Assembly: GCA_944332185.1 (NCBI GenBank) | Contig: CALVJJ010000005.1 | Span: 438-64,437, forward strand | Direction: 5' to 3' | DNA length: 64,000 nt | DNA from: an uncultured Clostridia bacterium | GTDB lineage: Bacteria > Bacillota > Clostridia > Christensenellales > UBA1242 | Shown here: in pieces, positions 8,975-16,770 of the stretch | How the letters are laid out: each line of letters starts with the position of its first letter | Position numbering within the stretch: the stretch's first letter is position 1 | Made by a program: the position numbers and the translations under genes | The notes under the pieces: generated by a model | What the model saw: the letters and a program-made list of their open reading frames with translations, nothing else | Database searches by the model: none | What the model was told of the DNA's origin: nothing

Positions 8975-9352
8975 TTAGTACCATTGATCTTGATATGCAC
9001 CATCTAAACAATCATGCATCATAAGATATTGATACATTTTTTGTAATTGATATTTGGTTTGATCTAGCAGTGTTTGTTCTTGTTTTTCTTTTCTTTTTTG
9101 ATTGTCTTTTTCTAATTGATAAAATATTTTTTTACTATGATAAGGATTGGTTCTTGTTTGGTATACTTTTTGGATTACCCTTTGGTCTAATACAGCAAAA
9201 GAAAATTGATAACTATGTTTACCATACCCATAATGCAATTCATATTGTCTGTTTTTTGTCCATATAACCGAGTATTGTGGATCTATTTGGTACAATTCTT
9301 GCAAAATATCAAAAACGTCACTTGTTACTCTATATTGTTTTTGTCGTATCAT
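8975..9352 (-). CDS. Hypothetical phage-module protein (125 aa)
   Basis: An ORF between the capsid gene and the connector-like gene, on the same strand as the operon. No family was recognised. Confidence 0.5.
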   Translation of the reverse strand: MIRQKQYRVTSDVFDILQELYQIDPQYSVIWTKNRQYELHYGYGKHSYQFSFAVLDQRVIQKVYQTRTNPYHSKKIFYQLEKDNQKRKEKQEQTLLDQTKYQLQKMYQYLMMHDCLDGAYQDQWY

Positions 9353-9410
9353 AAAAAACTAACAATATTGGAAGATCTACTCTTCCAATATTGTCCCCAT
9401 TGTTTATTTT

Positions 9411-10586
9411 TTAAGCTTCAGTGATTCCTGTTAGTTTTGCTTGTCCAGCAGGTTTGTCACAAATCATTTCAGCATATTTGACTAATGTTGCTGTATAGGT
9501 TGGATAGTTGTCACTCATTTTTAGAATTCTACCATTAGCAGTTTCTAACCATTGCCAATCGCAGAGTTGATGCATACAGAATTCCTTGGTGTTGAGTAAG
9601 TACATATCTTGCTCACCTGCGAATCTATCAGCAATAACTGGAATACCATTAAAACTAATAGCTTTATGACCACCAGCAAGTTCCAACACATCAACATTGC
9701 GTCTATATGTAGCGAGATATGCTTGATACAATCTTCTTACTTTGCTAGAACAAGTAATAAAGTCAATCGTGCTACCATGATATTCTTCTAGATAATCAAC
9801 TGCTTCTTGAATTTTGTCATCACTAATTGCCCCAACACTTGTTTTTACATAAGGATTAAGCCATGGATTTTCTTCTTTGGATACGCCATAAATTGTTGGT
9901 GTATCAGTATTGAATAATGCTTCTAAACCAGTAATTTCGTTTTGATAAGAACCTTGTACCACCATAATATGATTGGTCGTTAGTTCTTTTAAAATTGGTG
10001 TAGAAATTGTAAGTGTATTAGTATTTCTATCAATAGCAAGAATATTGAGTCTTTGCAAAGTTTTAGTACCATTGGTCGTATCAATCACATCTACCAACAT
10101 TCCTTCCATCAAATTCTTACAACTGTCTACAACAATATGGGTATTATCTGATGACGAAAAGGAAGATACAGTACATAGTTTTCCGCTACCATCACCATAA
10201 AGCATACGGCTTAAATTGAATGCACTAGATTTGATTAAGTTTTCCATTTCATTATTGAGTAAATTCACAAATGCTCCAGCACTATTAGAACTTGCGCGCA
10301 ATGCTTTGTCTGTAATTTTTAAAGATCCATACAAGTTTTTCAGTGTAGAAACAAATTGTACAGCACCCATTGCTTTTGCTGTTGGAAGTGTTCCATCTTC
10401 AATACCAGCTCCAATACCTCCACTGATACCGAATGGAGCCATTTTTCTTACTTCTTTACCCCAGACATCTTTGGTAGATTGTTCGATTTTGCCAAGTAAT
10501 GGATTGGCATTGATATTTAGTTGGTTAGATACTACTCCCAAATATACTGTTTTTAGAGCGTTTTCCGCTGTTTCAAAATTGATCAT
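9411..10586 (-). CDS. Phage major capsid protein (HK97-fold type)
   Basis: 391 aa, immediately after a scaffold gene. The C-terminal block IDFITCSSKVRRLYQAYL...LELAGGHKAISFNGIPVIADRF...MYLLNTKEF...WQWLE...TATLVKYAEMICDKPAGQAKLTGI resembles capsid proteins of Firmicutes phages. Confidence 0.7.
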   Translation of the reverse strand: MINFETAENALKTVYLGVVSNQLNINANPLLGKIEQSTKDVWGKEVRKMAPFGISGGIGAGIEDGTLPTAKAMGAVQFVSTLKNLYGSLKITDKALRASSNSAGAFVNLLNNEMENLIKSSAFNLSRMLYGDGSGKLCTVSSFSSSDNTHIVVDSCKNLMEGMLVDVIDTTNGTKTLQRLNILAIDRNTNTLTISTPILKELTTNHIMVVQGSYQNEITGLEALFNTDTPTIYGVSKEENPWLNPYVKTSVGAISDDKIQEAVDYLEEYHGSTIDFITCSSKVRRLYQAYLATYRRNVDVLELAGGHKAISFNGIPVIADRFAGEQDMYLLNTKEFCMHQLCDWQWLETANGRILKMSDNYPTYTATLVKYAEMICDKPAGQAKLTGITEA

Positions 10587-10597
10587 GTTCCCCTCTT

Positions 10598-11239
10598 TTA
10601 CTTAAACATACGTGCCACAACATCTCTTGCTTCTTTTAAAGTAGTTGGTTTTGGTTGTTGTTCCACTTGGTACCCACTTAACTTATTACTTTTTATGAGA
10701 GGTGGGACATCATGTTGTTGGACACGTTCTAAGTATTCTTTTATGATTTTATCTTTTATTTCTTGATTATCCCGAATATATTTTTCATAAAATTCCGGAT
10801 CTTGTCCCACAAGGCTTTTATCTACAAAATTGGTTTTCATAATTTGATTCCAAGCAAGTTCTAGGGAGTTTGGCTGACTTGCCAATACTTTATCCTTCAA
10901 AAGCAAGGATCCAATTTGTGCAGAATATCGTTTTGCTTCTTGGTTATTTTCCATAAAAGCAGAAAGTTTTTCTTTCCAATGCTCTTTTTGATACTCAGGT
11001 ACATTATCCAATGTATTATCTTTTTTCTCTAGTTCACTTAATCTTTGGCACTTTTTCGTGAATTCACTTTGTAGATTTTTATATGCCTCAGCTAGTGACT
11101 TTGCATCTTTAAACTTTCCTAATGTAGAGTCCATAGAACTTCTATCTTCCTCTACCACTTCTTCCAATTTTGTATTCTCTACAACGGGGCTGGAAATAGA
11201 TTGTTCTATTGATTGTTCTACTATATTTTTTTCTTCCAT
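10598..11239 (-). CDS. Phage scaffolding protein
   Basis: 213 aa, acidic and helical. The motif GKFKDAKSLAEAYKNLQSEFTKK is typical of scaffold proteins. It sits between the portal and capsid genes, with AAGGAG 7 nt upstream. Confidence 0.65.
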   Translation of the reverse strand: MEEKNIVEQSIEQSISSPVVENTKLEEVVEEDRSSMDSTLGKFKDAKSLAEAYKNLQSEFTKKCQRLSELEKKDNTLDNVPEYQKEHWKEKLSAFMENNQEAKRYSAQIGSLLLKDKVLASQPNSLELAWNQIMKTNFVDKSLVGQDPEFYEKYIRDNQEIKDKIIKEYLERVQQHDVPPLIKSNKLSGYQVEQQPKPTTLKEARDVVARMFK

Positions 11240-11259
11240 TGATTACTCCTTTTGTATAT

Positions 11260-13143
11260 TTAATTTTTTACTTCTTGTTCTGCAAGTTTTTGTTCTTTTA
11301 GTTTTGTTTTGTGCTCTGCAATATGTTTTAATAGTTTTTCTTCCCATTCAGGGTGTTTTTGACATCGTTTTTCAAACTCATCACCAAGTAAGAAAACTGT
11401 ATGTTTTGTGATATGAATTTCATGATCATCGACTTCTTTGACTTCCAAATCTTTTCCTTCTAACAATTCGTAGTTTTCTTTGTCTGCTCTTTTACTATGT
11501 ACCATGGTCACATCTTGCGACATATCCCAAACACCAAACCCTAGTTGATCCAAAATTTTATAACGAACAGTATTACTTAATTTGCCATTTTCATCATGTA
11601 AAAGTCCGGCATTATAAATTTCAAAAATCATACTCCTTTTTTGTGCTACTGTTTCATTCATTTCATTTTGTGTTTCAAAAACAACATCATCACTACCAAT
11701 ATCCGAAGAATTCCAATAAAACATTTCAATAGCACCATTTTCTTCTAAAAGTCTAGTAGAATGCATGCAATCGGCAAATTGTTTGTATAGTCTTAGTACC
11801 TGCTTTGCAATTTCTTTGGTAGCATTACGAATTTCTTCTGCAGAATTGATGAGTTTTGACTCATCTTGTTCAATGAGTAATTGCAACGTCACCCCACTAA
11901 TATTGGCGTATTGAGAGGCTTGATTACTAAGGTCGCTAACGCCACTAACGGTAATCATTTCATTCAACAATTTTTCTTCTTCTTCCTTAAAATCAGCAGG
12001 CACACTATCTCCTGTCAACATTTTTGGAGGAGTAGCACCTTGTCTATATACCAAGACTTTCCCCGGACTCATACCTTCTTCTTCTAGATTTTCTGTATCT
12101 ACCGATCCATCTTCTACGGTAAGTACCCCCATGGTTAATCGGTTGATGTATTCATGTTTTCTGTTCTTTATGGTATTGTATGCCCTTTGCAGTGGAATAC
12201 ATCTTTCAATCATGGACACTCCCCAGAAGCAACCAGGAATCGCATAGCTACATTGTTTGATAAATGGATACCCGCGTAATTGATTTTCTTGATTGATATA
12301 AGGTAAAGGTCCTTGATAGACTAAAGTCTTACCAGCAACGATTGTGAGTCTGCCATCTGGGAATTGACTGGTAGGTGCTTCATACTTTTCAATCACTAAT
12401 GCATGATCATTTTGTGCAATAGAAGTAGTTTGGATAGAACAAGCATTGTACCCCAGTCCACCAATATTCGCAATCGTATCCATACCCAGAATAGACACAT
12501 TGTCTTTTTCTACTTCCACATGATACAATCTTTTAATCTCATCTATATGATAAGCTTTTGCATGAATAATACTCTTACAGTCTTGAATATTGGCATAATG
12601 ATTATTGTCTGGAAAGATCTCAAAAGGACTAATGACACTTACTTCTACTTCTCCACTTCGTACTTCTTTTCCCTTTTGATCTACAGCTATCAAATCTCCC
12701 AATTCTGGATTCCATGTTACTTTATAAAAAGCAGTCCCAGTGAGTTCACTCCATCGAGTGCCTTCTGCTAAAATTGCACTCAAATTTTTAGCATTACAGA
12801 ATGCTTTTAGAATGTTTTTACTTACTTTTGCTTGGTATATATCTTTATCGTTGTCACTAAAAGGATTGACAGTCATACTTGGTCTAACTCGACTCAGTTT
12901 TGTAAGTCTCAAATCCACTAATGGTGCAATATGGTTAAATACTTCTCTTTCCTGCCAAAAGTATTGTCTTTGAAAATCTTCTATATTCCCATTATGATCT
13001 AAAGAACAATATTGATTACCCAAATAATAATTGATATTAAGCATCCATGTTTTTTCAAAATTTCTACGTTGTTTTTGTCTATCTTGATACTCTTTGATGA
13101 TAGCACGAACAATATTTTCTTTTTCCACCTGTTGTTTTTTCAT
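11260..13143 (-). CDS. Phage portal protein
   Basis: 627 aa. The position between terminase and scaffold fits a portal. The N-terminal region ...RRNFEKTWMLNINYYLGNQY... and the acidic C-terminal helical tail are portal-like. Confidence 0.7.
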   Translation of the reverse strand: MKKQQVEKENIVRAIIKEYQDRQKQRRNFEKTWMLNINYYLGNQYCSLDHNGNIEDFQRQYFWQEREVFNHIAPLVDLRLTKLSRVRPSMTVNPFSDNDKDIYQAKVSKNILKAFCNAKNLSAILAEGTRWSELTGTAFYKVTWNPELGDLIAVDQKGKEVRSGEVEVSVISPFEIFPDNNHYANIQDCKSIIHAKAYHIDEIKRLYHVEVEKDNVSILGMDTIANIGGLGYNACSIQTTSIAQNDHALVIEKYEAPTSQFPDGRLTIVAGKTLVYQGPLPYINQENQLRGYPFIKQCSYAIPGCFWGVSMIERCIPLQRAYNTIKNRKHEYINRLTMGVLTVEDGSVDTENLEEEGMSPGKVLVYRQGATPPKMLTGDSVPADFKEEEEKLLNEMITVSGVSDLSNQASQYANISGVTLQLLIEQDESKLINSAEEIRNATKEIAKQVLRLYKQFADCMHSTRLLEENGAIEMFYWNSSDIGSDDVVFETQNEMNETVAQKRSMIFEIYNAGLLHDENGKLSNTVRYKILDQLGFGVWDMSQDVTMVHSKRADKENYELLEGKDLEVKEVDDHEIHITKHTVFLLGDEFEKRCQKHPEWEEKLLKHIAEHKTKLKEQKLAEQEVKN

Positions 13144-13145
13144 TT

Positions 13146-13349
13146 TTATTTTTCCTTTTTAAACATATTTTTTGGACTTTTTGGTACTATAACGCTCCCT
13201 ATTGATTTATATAGTTCGCTAAGACATTCTTTGCAAAAATACATATTCGTAGCAATAATGCCTTTTTTCTTTTGTATGACATAATCTGCAAGATTTTTAC
13301 AACCATGTGTATCACATTTTATATCAATTTTGACTGGTTTTATTTCCAT
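13146..13349 (-). CDS. Small zinc-ribbon-like protein (67 aa)
   Basis: Two Cys pairs, CDTHGC...CKEC. GGAGG lies 6 nt upstream of the ATG. The gene overlaps the upstream ORF by 26 nt. Confidence 0.45.
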   Translation of the reverse strand: MEIKPVKIDIKCDTHGCKNLADYVIQKKKGIIATNMYFCKECLSELYKSIGSVIVPKSPKNMFKKEK

Positions 13350-13620
13350 GATATTCCTCCAACTTTTCTAATAATTTTATTTTTTCTTCCATCAGTTCTT
13401 CCTTGCTCATGGACTGATACGTTTTCGTAATTGGATCTTTGATATACTCCATCATCCATTTGATTGCTGTTAGATCTGGAGGTATATGTTTGACGGTCAC
13501 TTTTCTTTTGTTTAACCGTATCTCCTGATCATCAGTTGCATATTCTTCCACAACTTCTTCAGTATCATACCCTAGAGCTTTTTTCATAATGGCATCTTTT
13601 AATTGGTCGATTTTTTTCAC
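13324..13620 (-). CDS. Small phage-module protein (98 aa; possible small-terminase-like or DNA-binding factor)
   Basis: GTG start with GGAGG upstream. The segment KKALGYDTEEVVEEY...KRKVTVKHIPPDLTAIKWMMEY resembles a motif seen in small terminase subunits of Firmicutes phages. However, the gene lies downstream, not upstream, of TerL. Confidence 0.35.
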   Translation of the reverse strand: MKKIDQLKDAIMKKALGYDTEEVVEEYATDDQEIRLNKRKVTVKHIPPDLTAIKWMMEYIKDPITKTYQSMSKEELMEEKIKLLEKLEEYHGNKTSQN

Positions 13621-13627
13621 ATTTTTG

Positions 13628-15073
13628 CTACCTCCACGGTTGCCTTCTTAGTTGTCTATACAGTCTTTCTTTGTCTTTTTGTATGATTGACTTTTGAGGT
13701 TTGATAGGTTTAGGTTCTGGCTTTGTCATGATATAATATCGTAATTCGTCCATAGCATGATCATCTTTTTTGATAGGGATATCCTTATCTGACCAAAAGT
13801 AAGATTTGATCTCCCGAATCATATTGGTACAAGTGCGAAAAATAAACAATTTTGAATGTCCATTGGCATCTTTGATATATTGTTTTACACGACTAATTCC
13901 ACTAAACATATCTTTATTTACATGGGTATTCACATTCAGTCCCAACTCATAAAACAACTCGCTAACACTTTTTGTGCTAGCGAGTGTTTTTTGATTGGAG
14001 GCACTGTCAATTAAAGCATCATACTTTCCATTAAAACCTTTTGGCCACCCCAATTTTACACAAATATTCTTGATACATTCTGCATGATGCACAATATCTT
14101 TTTGTGCTTCATAATGTTCTGCAATGACATAGATATTTCCATCATAATCCATAGCATACCAATGACAACTTAAAGGATTGTGTAAACCCGGATCAATACT
14201 TATCATATCATACCATTCTTTAGGAACAGTAAAAGGATCTATCACATTGACTTGTTCATCAAAATTAGCATAAACTAATCCCCCATAACTTGTAAAATTC
14301 CCATACTTTCTTGTCTCCAATTCTTCTTTACTCATGGTACTAGATAGATATTGAATTTCTTGTTCATTCAAAAACGGATTATCTTCCCAACTCATATGAA
14401 TATACCAATTTTCTGGATCGTTTTGTTCGTTTAGATAAATATCTGAATACACCCATGTCAAACCTTTTAGTGGAGTCATCGTTCCAAAAATTTCGCCACA
14501 TTTATCTATAACACGCATTTTACATTCTTGATAAATATCTTGTGGTGGTTCTTCATCAAACCACACAAAATCCAAACTTGTCCCTTGGAATTTTTCTCTG
14601 CCTTGGTCACAACTTTTAAAGCCAATCGTACTGATTTGTCCACTGACATTTTTAATTTTAATTAAATCAATGACACCATTTTCTGGACTATCTTTTCTTC
14701 CCTGTGCCATTACAATGTCTTCAATCCATTCGGGATTTAGGTAATGTAAAATCTTTTTTTGTGCAACATCACGCTGCACCTGTGTAGATAGACTTACTAC
14801 CCACCCACTGACAGACTCTTTATTGTTTTTATATGGGTGAATACCTCTTGCTAGCCATATACACTCGACAGCTCCACATTCTGTTTTGCCTGTTCTATTG
14901 CCTCCAAATACCCATCGGTTTCTTTTTGTAGACTTATGAAAAGCTATTTGTTTTTTGTGTATCTTTTCTCCTTTGTTATATTGATCCAATGGACAAACAT
15001 AAGACTTAAGTTGCAATATTTGATCAATAAGTTGTAGTCTTCTTTCTATTTCTTGTTTTGATTGTTTTGACAT
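13628..15073 (-). CDS. terL: Phage terminase large subunit
   Basis: 481 aa. Walker A is GGNRTGKTE and Walker B is LDFVWFDEE. The C-terminal nuclease region is typical of TerL (...DDHAMDELRY). Confidence 0.9.
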   Translation of the reverse strand: MSKQSKQEIERRLQLIDQILQLKSYVCPLDQYNKGEKIHKKQIAFHKSTKRNRWVFGGNRTGKTECGAVECIWLARGIHPYKNNKESVSGWVVSLSTQVQRDVAQKKILHYLNPEWIEDIVMAQGRKDSPENGVIDLIKIKNVSGQISTIGFKSCDQGREKFQGTSLDFVWFDEEPPQDIYQECKMRVIDKCGEIFGTMTPLKGLTWVYSDIYLNEQNDPENWYIHMSWEDNPFLNEQEIQYLSSTMSKEELETRKYGNFTSYGGLVYANFDEQVNVIDPFTVPKEWYDMISIDPGLHNPLSCHWYAMDYDGNIYVIAEHYEAQKDIVHHAECIKNICVKLGWPKGFNGKYDALIDSASNQKTLASTKSVSELFYELGLNVNTHVNKDMFSGISRVKQYIKDANGHSKLFIFRTCTNMIREIKSYFWSDKDIPIKKDDHAMDELRYYIMTKPEPKPIKPQKSIIQKDKERLYRQLRRQPWR

Positions 15074-15136
15074 AATAGGACATATTCCTTATGAATTCGT
15101 GATTTCTTTTCTTCTATTTTGTGATACAGTAAAAAT

Positions 15137-15826
15137 ATGAAATGGATTCTTATATTCTTACTACTATTCCAGCCCTTATTCCCTAAACCTAACACATGGG
15201 TAGAGGCAACTGATCAATATGCACGTCTTACACATAACGCACCTTTATATAAAACCAGCTCTGCAGATCAAAACAATTATGGTATATGGTGCGAAATGGA
15301 AGCTACATATTTTGTACAGATTATTTTAGATTTTAATGAGTCGTTATACAAAGTTAGATATGCCAATATGACAGGATATGTAGAAAAAGATGCCGTTACA
15401 CTTGTCTATTCTACACCACAAAATCCATATCCTAGTAACATCATCATCACCATTGCATCATCTTGCTATTTGCGTTCTACCCCAACCATTCAAGCATCGA
15501 ATACACTTACCACCTTATTCAAAGGCACAACTGTCACTTTTATTGGCAAAGTAGATAGCGAAACCATTATGGATTTTAATGGTCCAACATGGTATCTCGT
15601 CTCTTATCAAGATTTGATTGGTTACGTATATTGTGGCTATACAGAAAAAGTAGGTACGATCATGCCCAATATCGAACAAGTCACTGTGGCAAAACCCAAT
15701 ACTTCCGAAGTTGGTATCACACCGTTTAGCAATATCCAAAGTATGTGGTTGGTCTTACTGGCTTTAATCCCTACTATTGCAATTTTATATTTTATTTATA
15801 AACCAAATAAAAAGACATCTAAATAG
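15137..15826 (+). CDS. Secreted, C-terminally membrane-anchored protein with two SH3b-like domains
   Basis: 229 aa. It has a signal peptide MKWILIFLLLFQPLF and two SH3b-like units (…YKVRYANMTGYVEKDAV; …WYLVSYQDLIGYVYCGY). A C-terminal TM (MWLVLLALIPTIAILYFIY) is followed by KPNKKTSK. Its 3' end overlaps the convergent regulator gene by 8 nt. Confidence 0.7.
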   Translation: MKWILIFLLLFQPLFPKPNTWVEATDQYARLTHNAPLYKTSSADQNNYGIWCEMEATYFVQIILDFNESLYKVRYANMTGYVEKDAVTLVYSTPQNPYPSNIIITIASSCYLRSTPTIQASNTLTTLFKGTTVTFIGKVDSETIMDFNGPTWYLVSYQDLIGYVYCGYTEKVGTIMPNIEQVTVAKPNTSEVGITPFSNIQSMWLVLLALIPTIAILYFIYKPNKKTSK

Positions 15827-16346
15827 TTTTTAGTTCTTGGCGAAAATTTTTGAGTAAATATAATTTTTGCAATGCATCAAATTCTGTATCTTTTTCTATA
15901 TTTGCCTGATACTGCCCCATAAGCCATTTTTCATCTTTATATTCTTTTAGCCACCACGACAATGTATAAGAAGATTTTTCCATAATGCTCAATAGTTCAA
16001 CTAGAGCATTATTTTTTCGTCTAAAAAAGGTCCTTGTACTAAGATGTAGTAGTTCTGTCACTTCTGCACTTTTTAATCCATCAAAATAATATAAAACCAG
16101 TATTTTTTGATCTATTGGATTTTTTAATTTTACAATAGCATTTTCTATAATGACTTTGATATTGATAATTTTTCTTTTTCTTTCGTTCAGTTCCATCAAT
16201 GTTTCTACACTATCCATGGTTGTTCGATAGGTAGAAGAAAAAGATCTTTGCACTTCTTCTTGAGCCATTTCATCAATCGTATTGGCAATGAGTTCCAAAT
16301 GTCTATAAATTTCTAATAACGTTTTGATCCAAGCTTTATCTTTCAT
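15819..16346 (-). CDS. ArpU/sigma-70-region-4-like transcription regulator (candidate late-gene activator)
   Basis: 175 aa. The segment IDQKILVLYYFDGLKSAEVTELLHLSTRTFFRRKNNALVELL matches the region-4/ArpU-type HTH pattern (LxxxERxxLxLxY...S..EIA..L..S..T). A C-terminal extension of about 50 aa follows. Confidence 0.5.
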   Translation of the reverse strand: MKDKAWIKTLLEIYRHLELIANTIDEMAQEEVQRSFSSTYRTTMDSVETLMELNERKRKIINIKVIIENAIVKLKNPIDQKILVLYYFDGLKSAEVTELLHLSTRTFFRRKNNALVELLSIMEKSSYTLSWWLKEYKDEKWLMGQYQANIEKDTEFDALQKLYLLKNFRQELKTI

Positions 16347-16701
16347 ATTTCCCCCATGTTTCCATTTTATGTAGGCATAAAAAGCATAAAAATAGCATTT
16401 TTGATTTGCTATTTTTGTCGATTTTTATCCATCACGCTAATAGTATAAATGACAAAAAGTAGCAATGTCAAAGTTCTATGCCAAATTTTGTAAAATATTT
16501 TTCAAAAATCAAATATTATTTTACAAAAATATAAAATTTTGCTTTTTATCAAACATTTGTTCGATTATAGCACCCTATTCTTGCCAACAGTCTGTCAACA
16601 ATAAGAATATTTTTATATTTTTTTGCATTTTTATGTTTTTGTTTTATTTTCTGTAGAATAAAAATGGTAATGGTGTTCTTATTTTTATTTTTATATTTAC
16701 T

Positions 16702-16730
16702 TTTACTATTCAAAAAAAATATGGTATACT
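16702..16730 (+). promoter_or_regulatory. Putative sigma-A promoter of the 841-aa surface protein gene
   Basis: An extended -10, TGGTATACT, lies at 16722-16730. A weak -35, TTTACT, lies at 16702-16707 with a 17-nt spacer. The site is about 40 nt upstream of the ATG at 16771. Confidence 0.4.
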
Positions 16731-16770
16731 CTATGTAAGATAAAATATTTGAAAAATATAAGGATACTAT

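Larger units (their letters stand above)
4504..16346 (-). mobile_element. Phage-derived structural/packaging/holin module (defective prophage or domesticated phage-like element)
   Basis: A contiguous minus-strand block holds a late-regulator-like gene, TerL, portal, scaffold, capsid, five unknown ORFs and two holin-type genes. Many ATGA/TAATG overlaps link them. No integrase, replication, repressor, tape-measure or endolysin gene is present. Core genes flank the block on both sides. Confidence 0.7.

Noticed and set aside
16347-16770. A 63-aa ORF (16465-16656) and possible repeats in the very AT-rich 425-bp gap upstream of the 841-aa gene. I also looked across the window for CRISPR arrays, tandem repeats, IS elements or defence systems.
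   Set aside because: The ORF is a low-complexity F/I/K/N-rich read-through of A/T runs with no RBS. I found no regularly spaced direct repeats, no inverted terminal repeats and no transposase, Cas or restriction-modification-like genes anywhere in the window.
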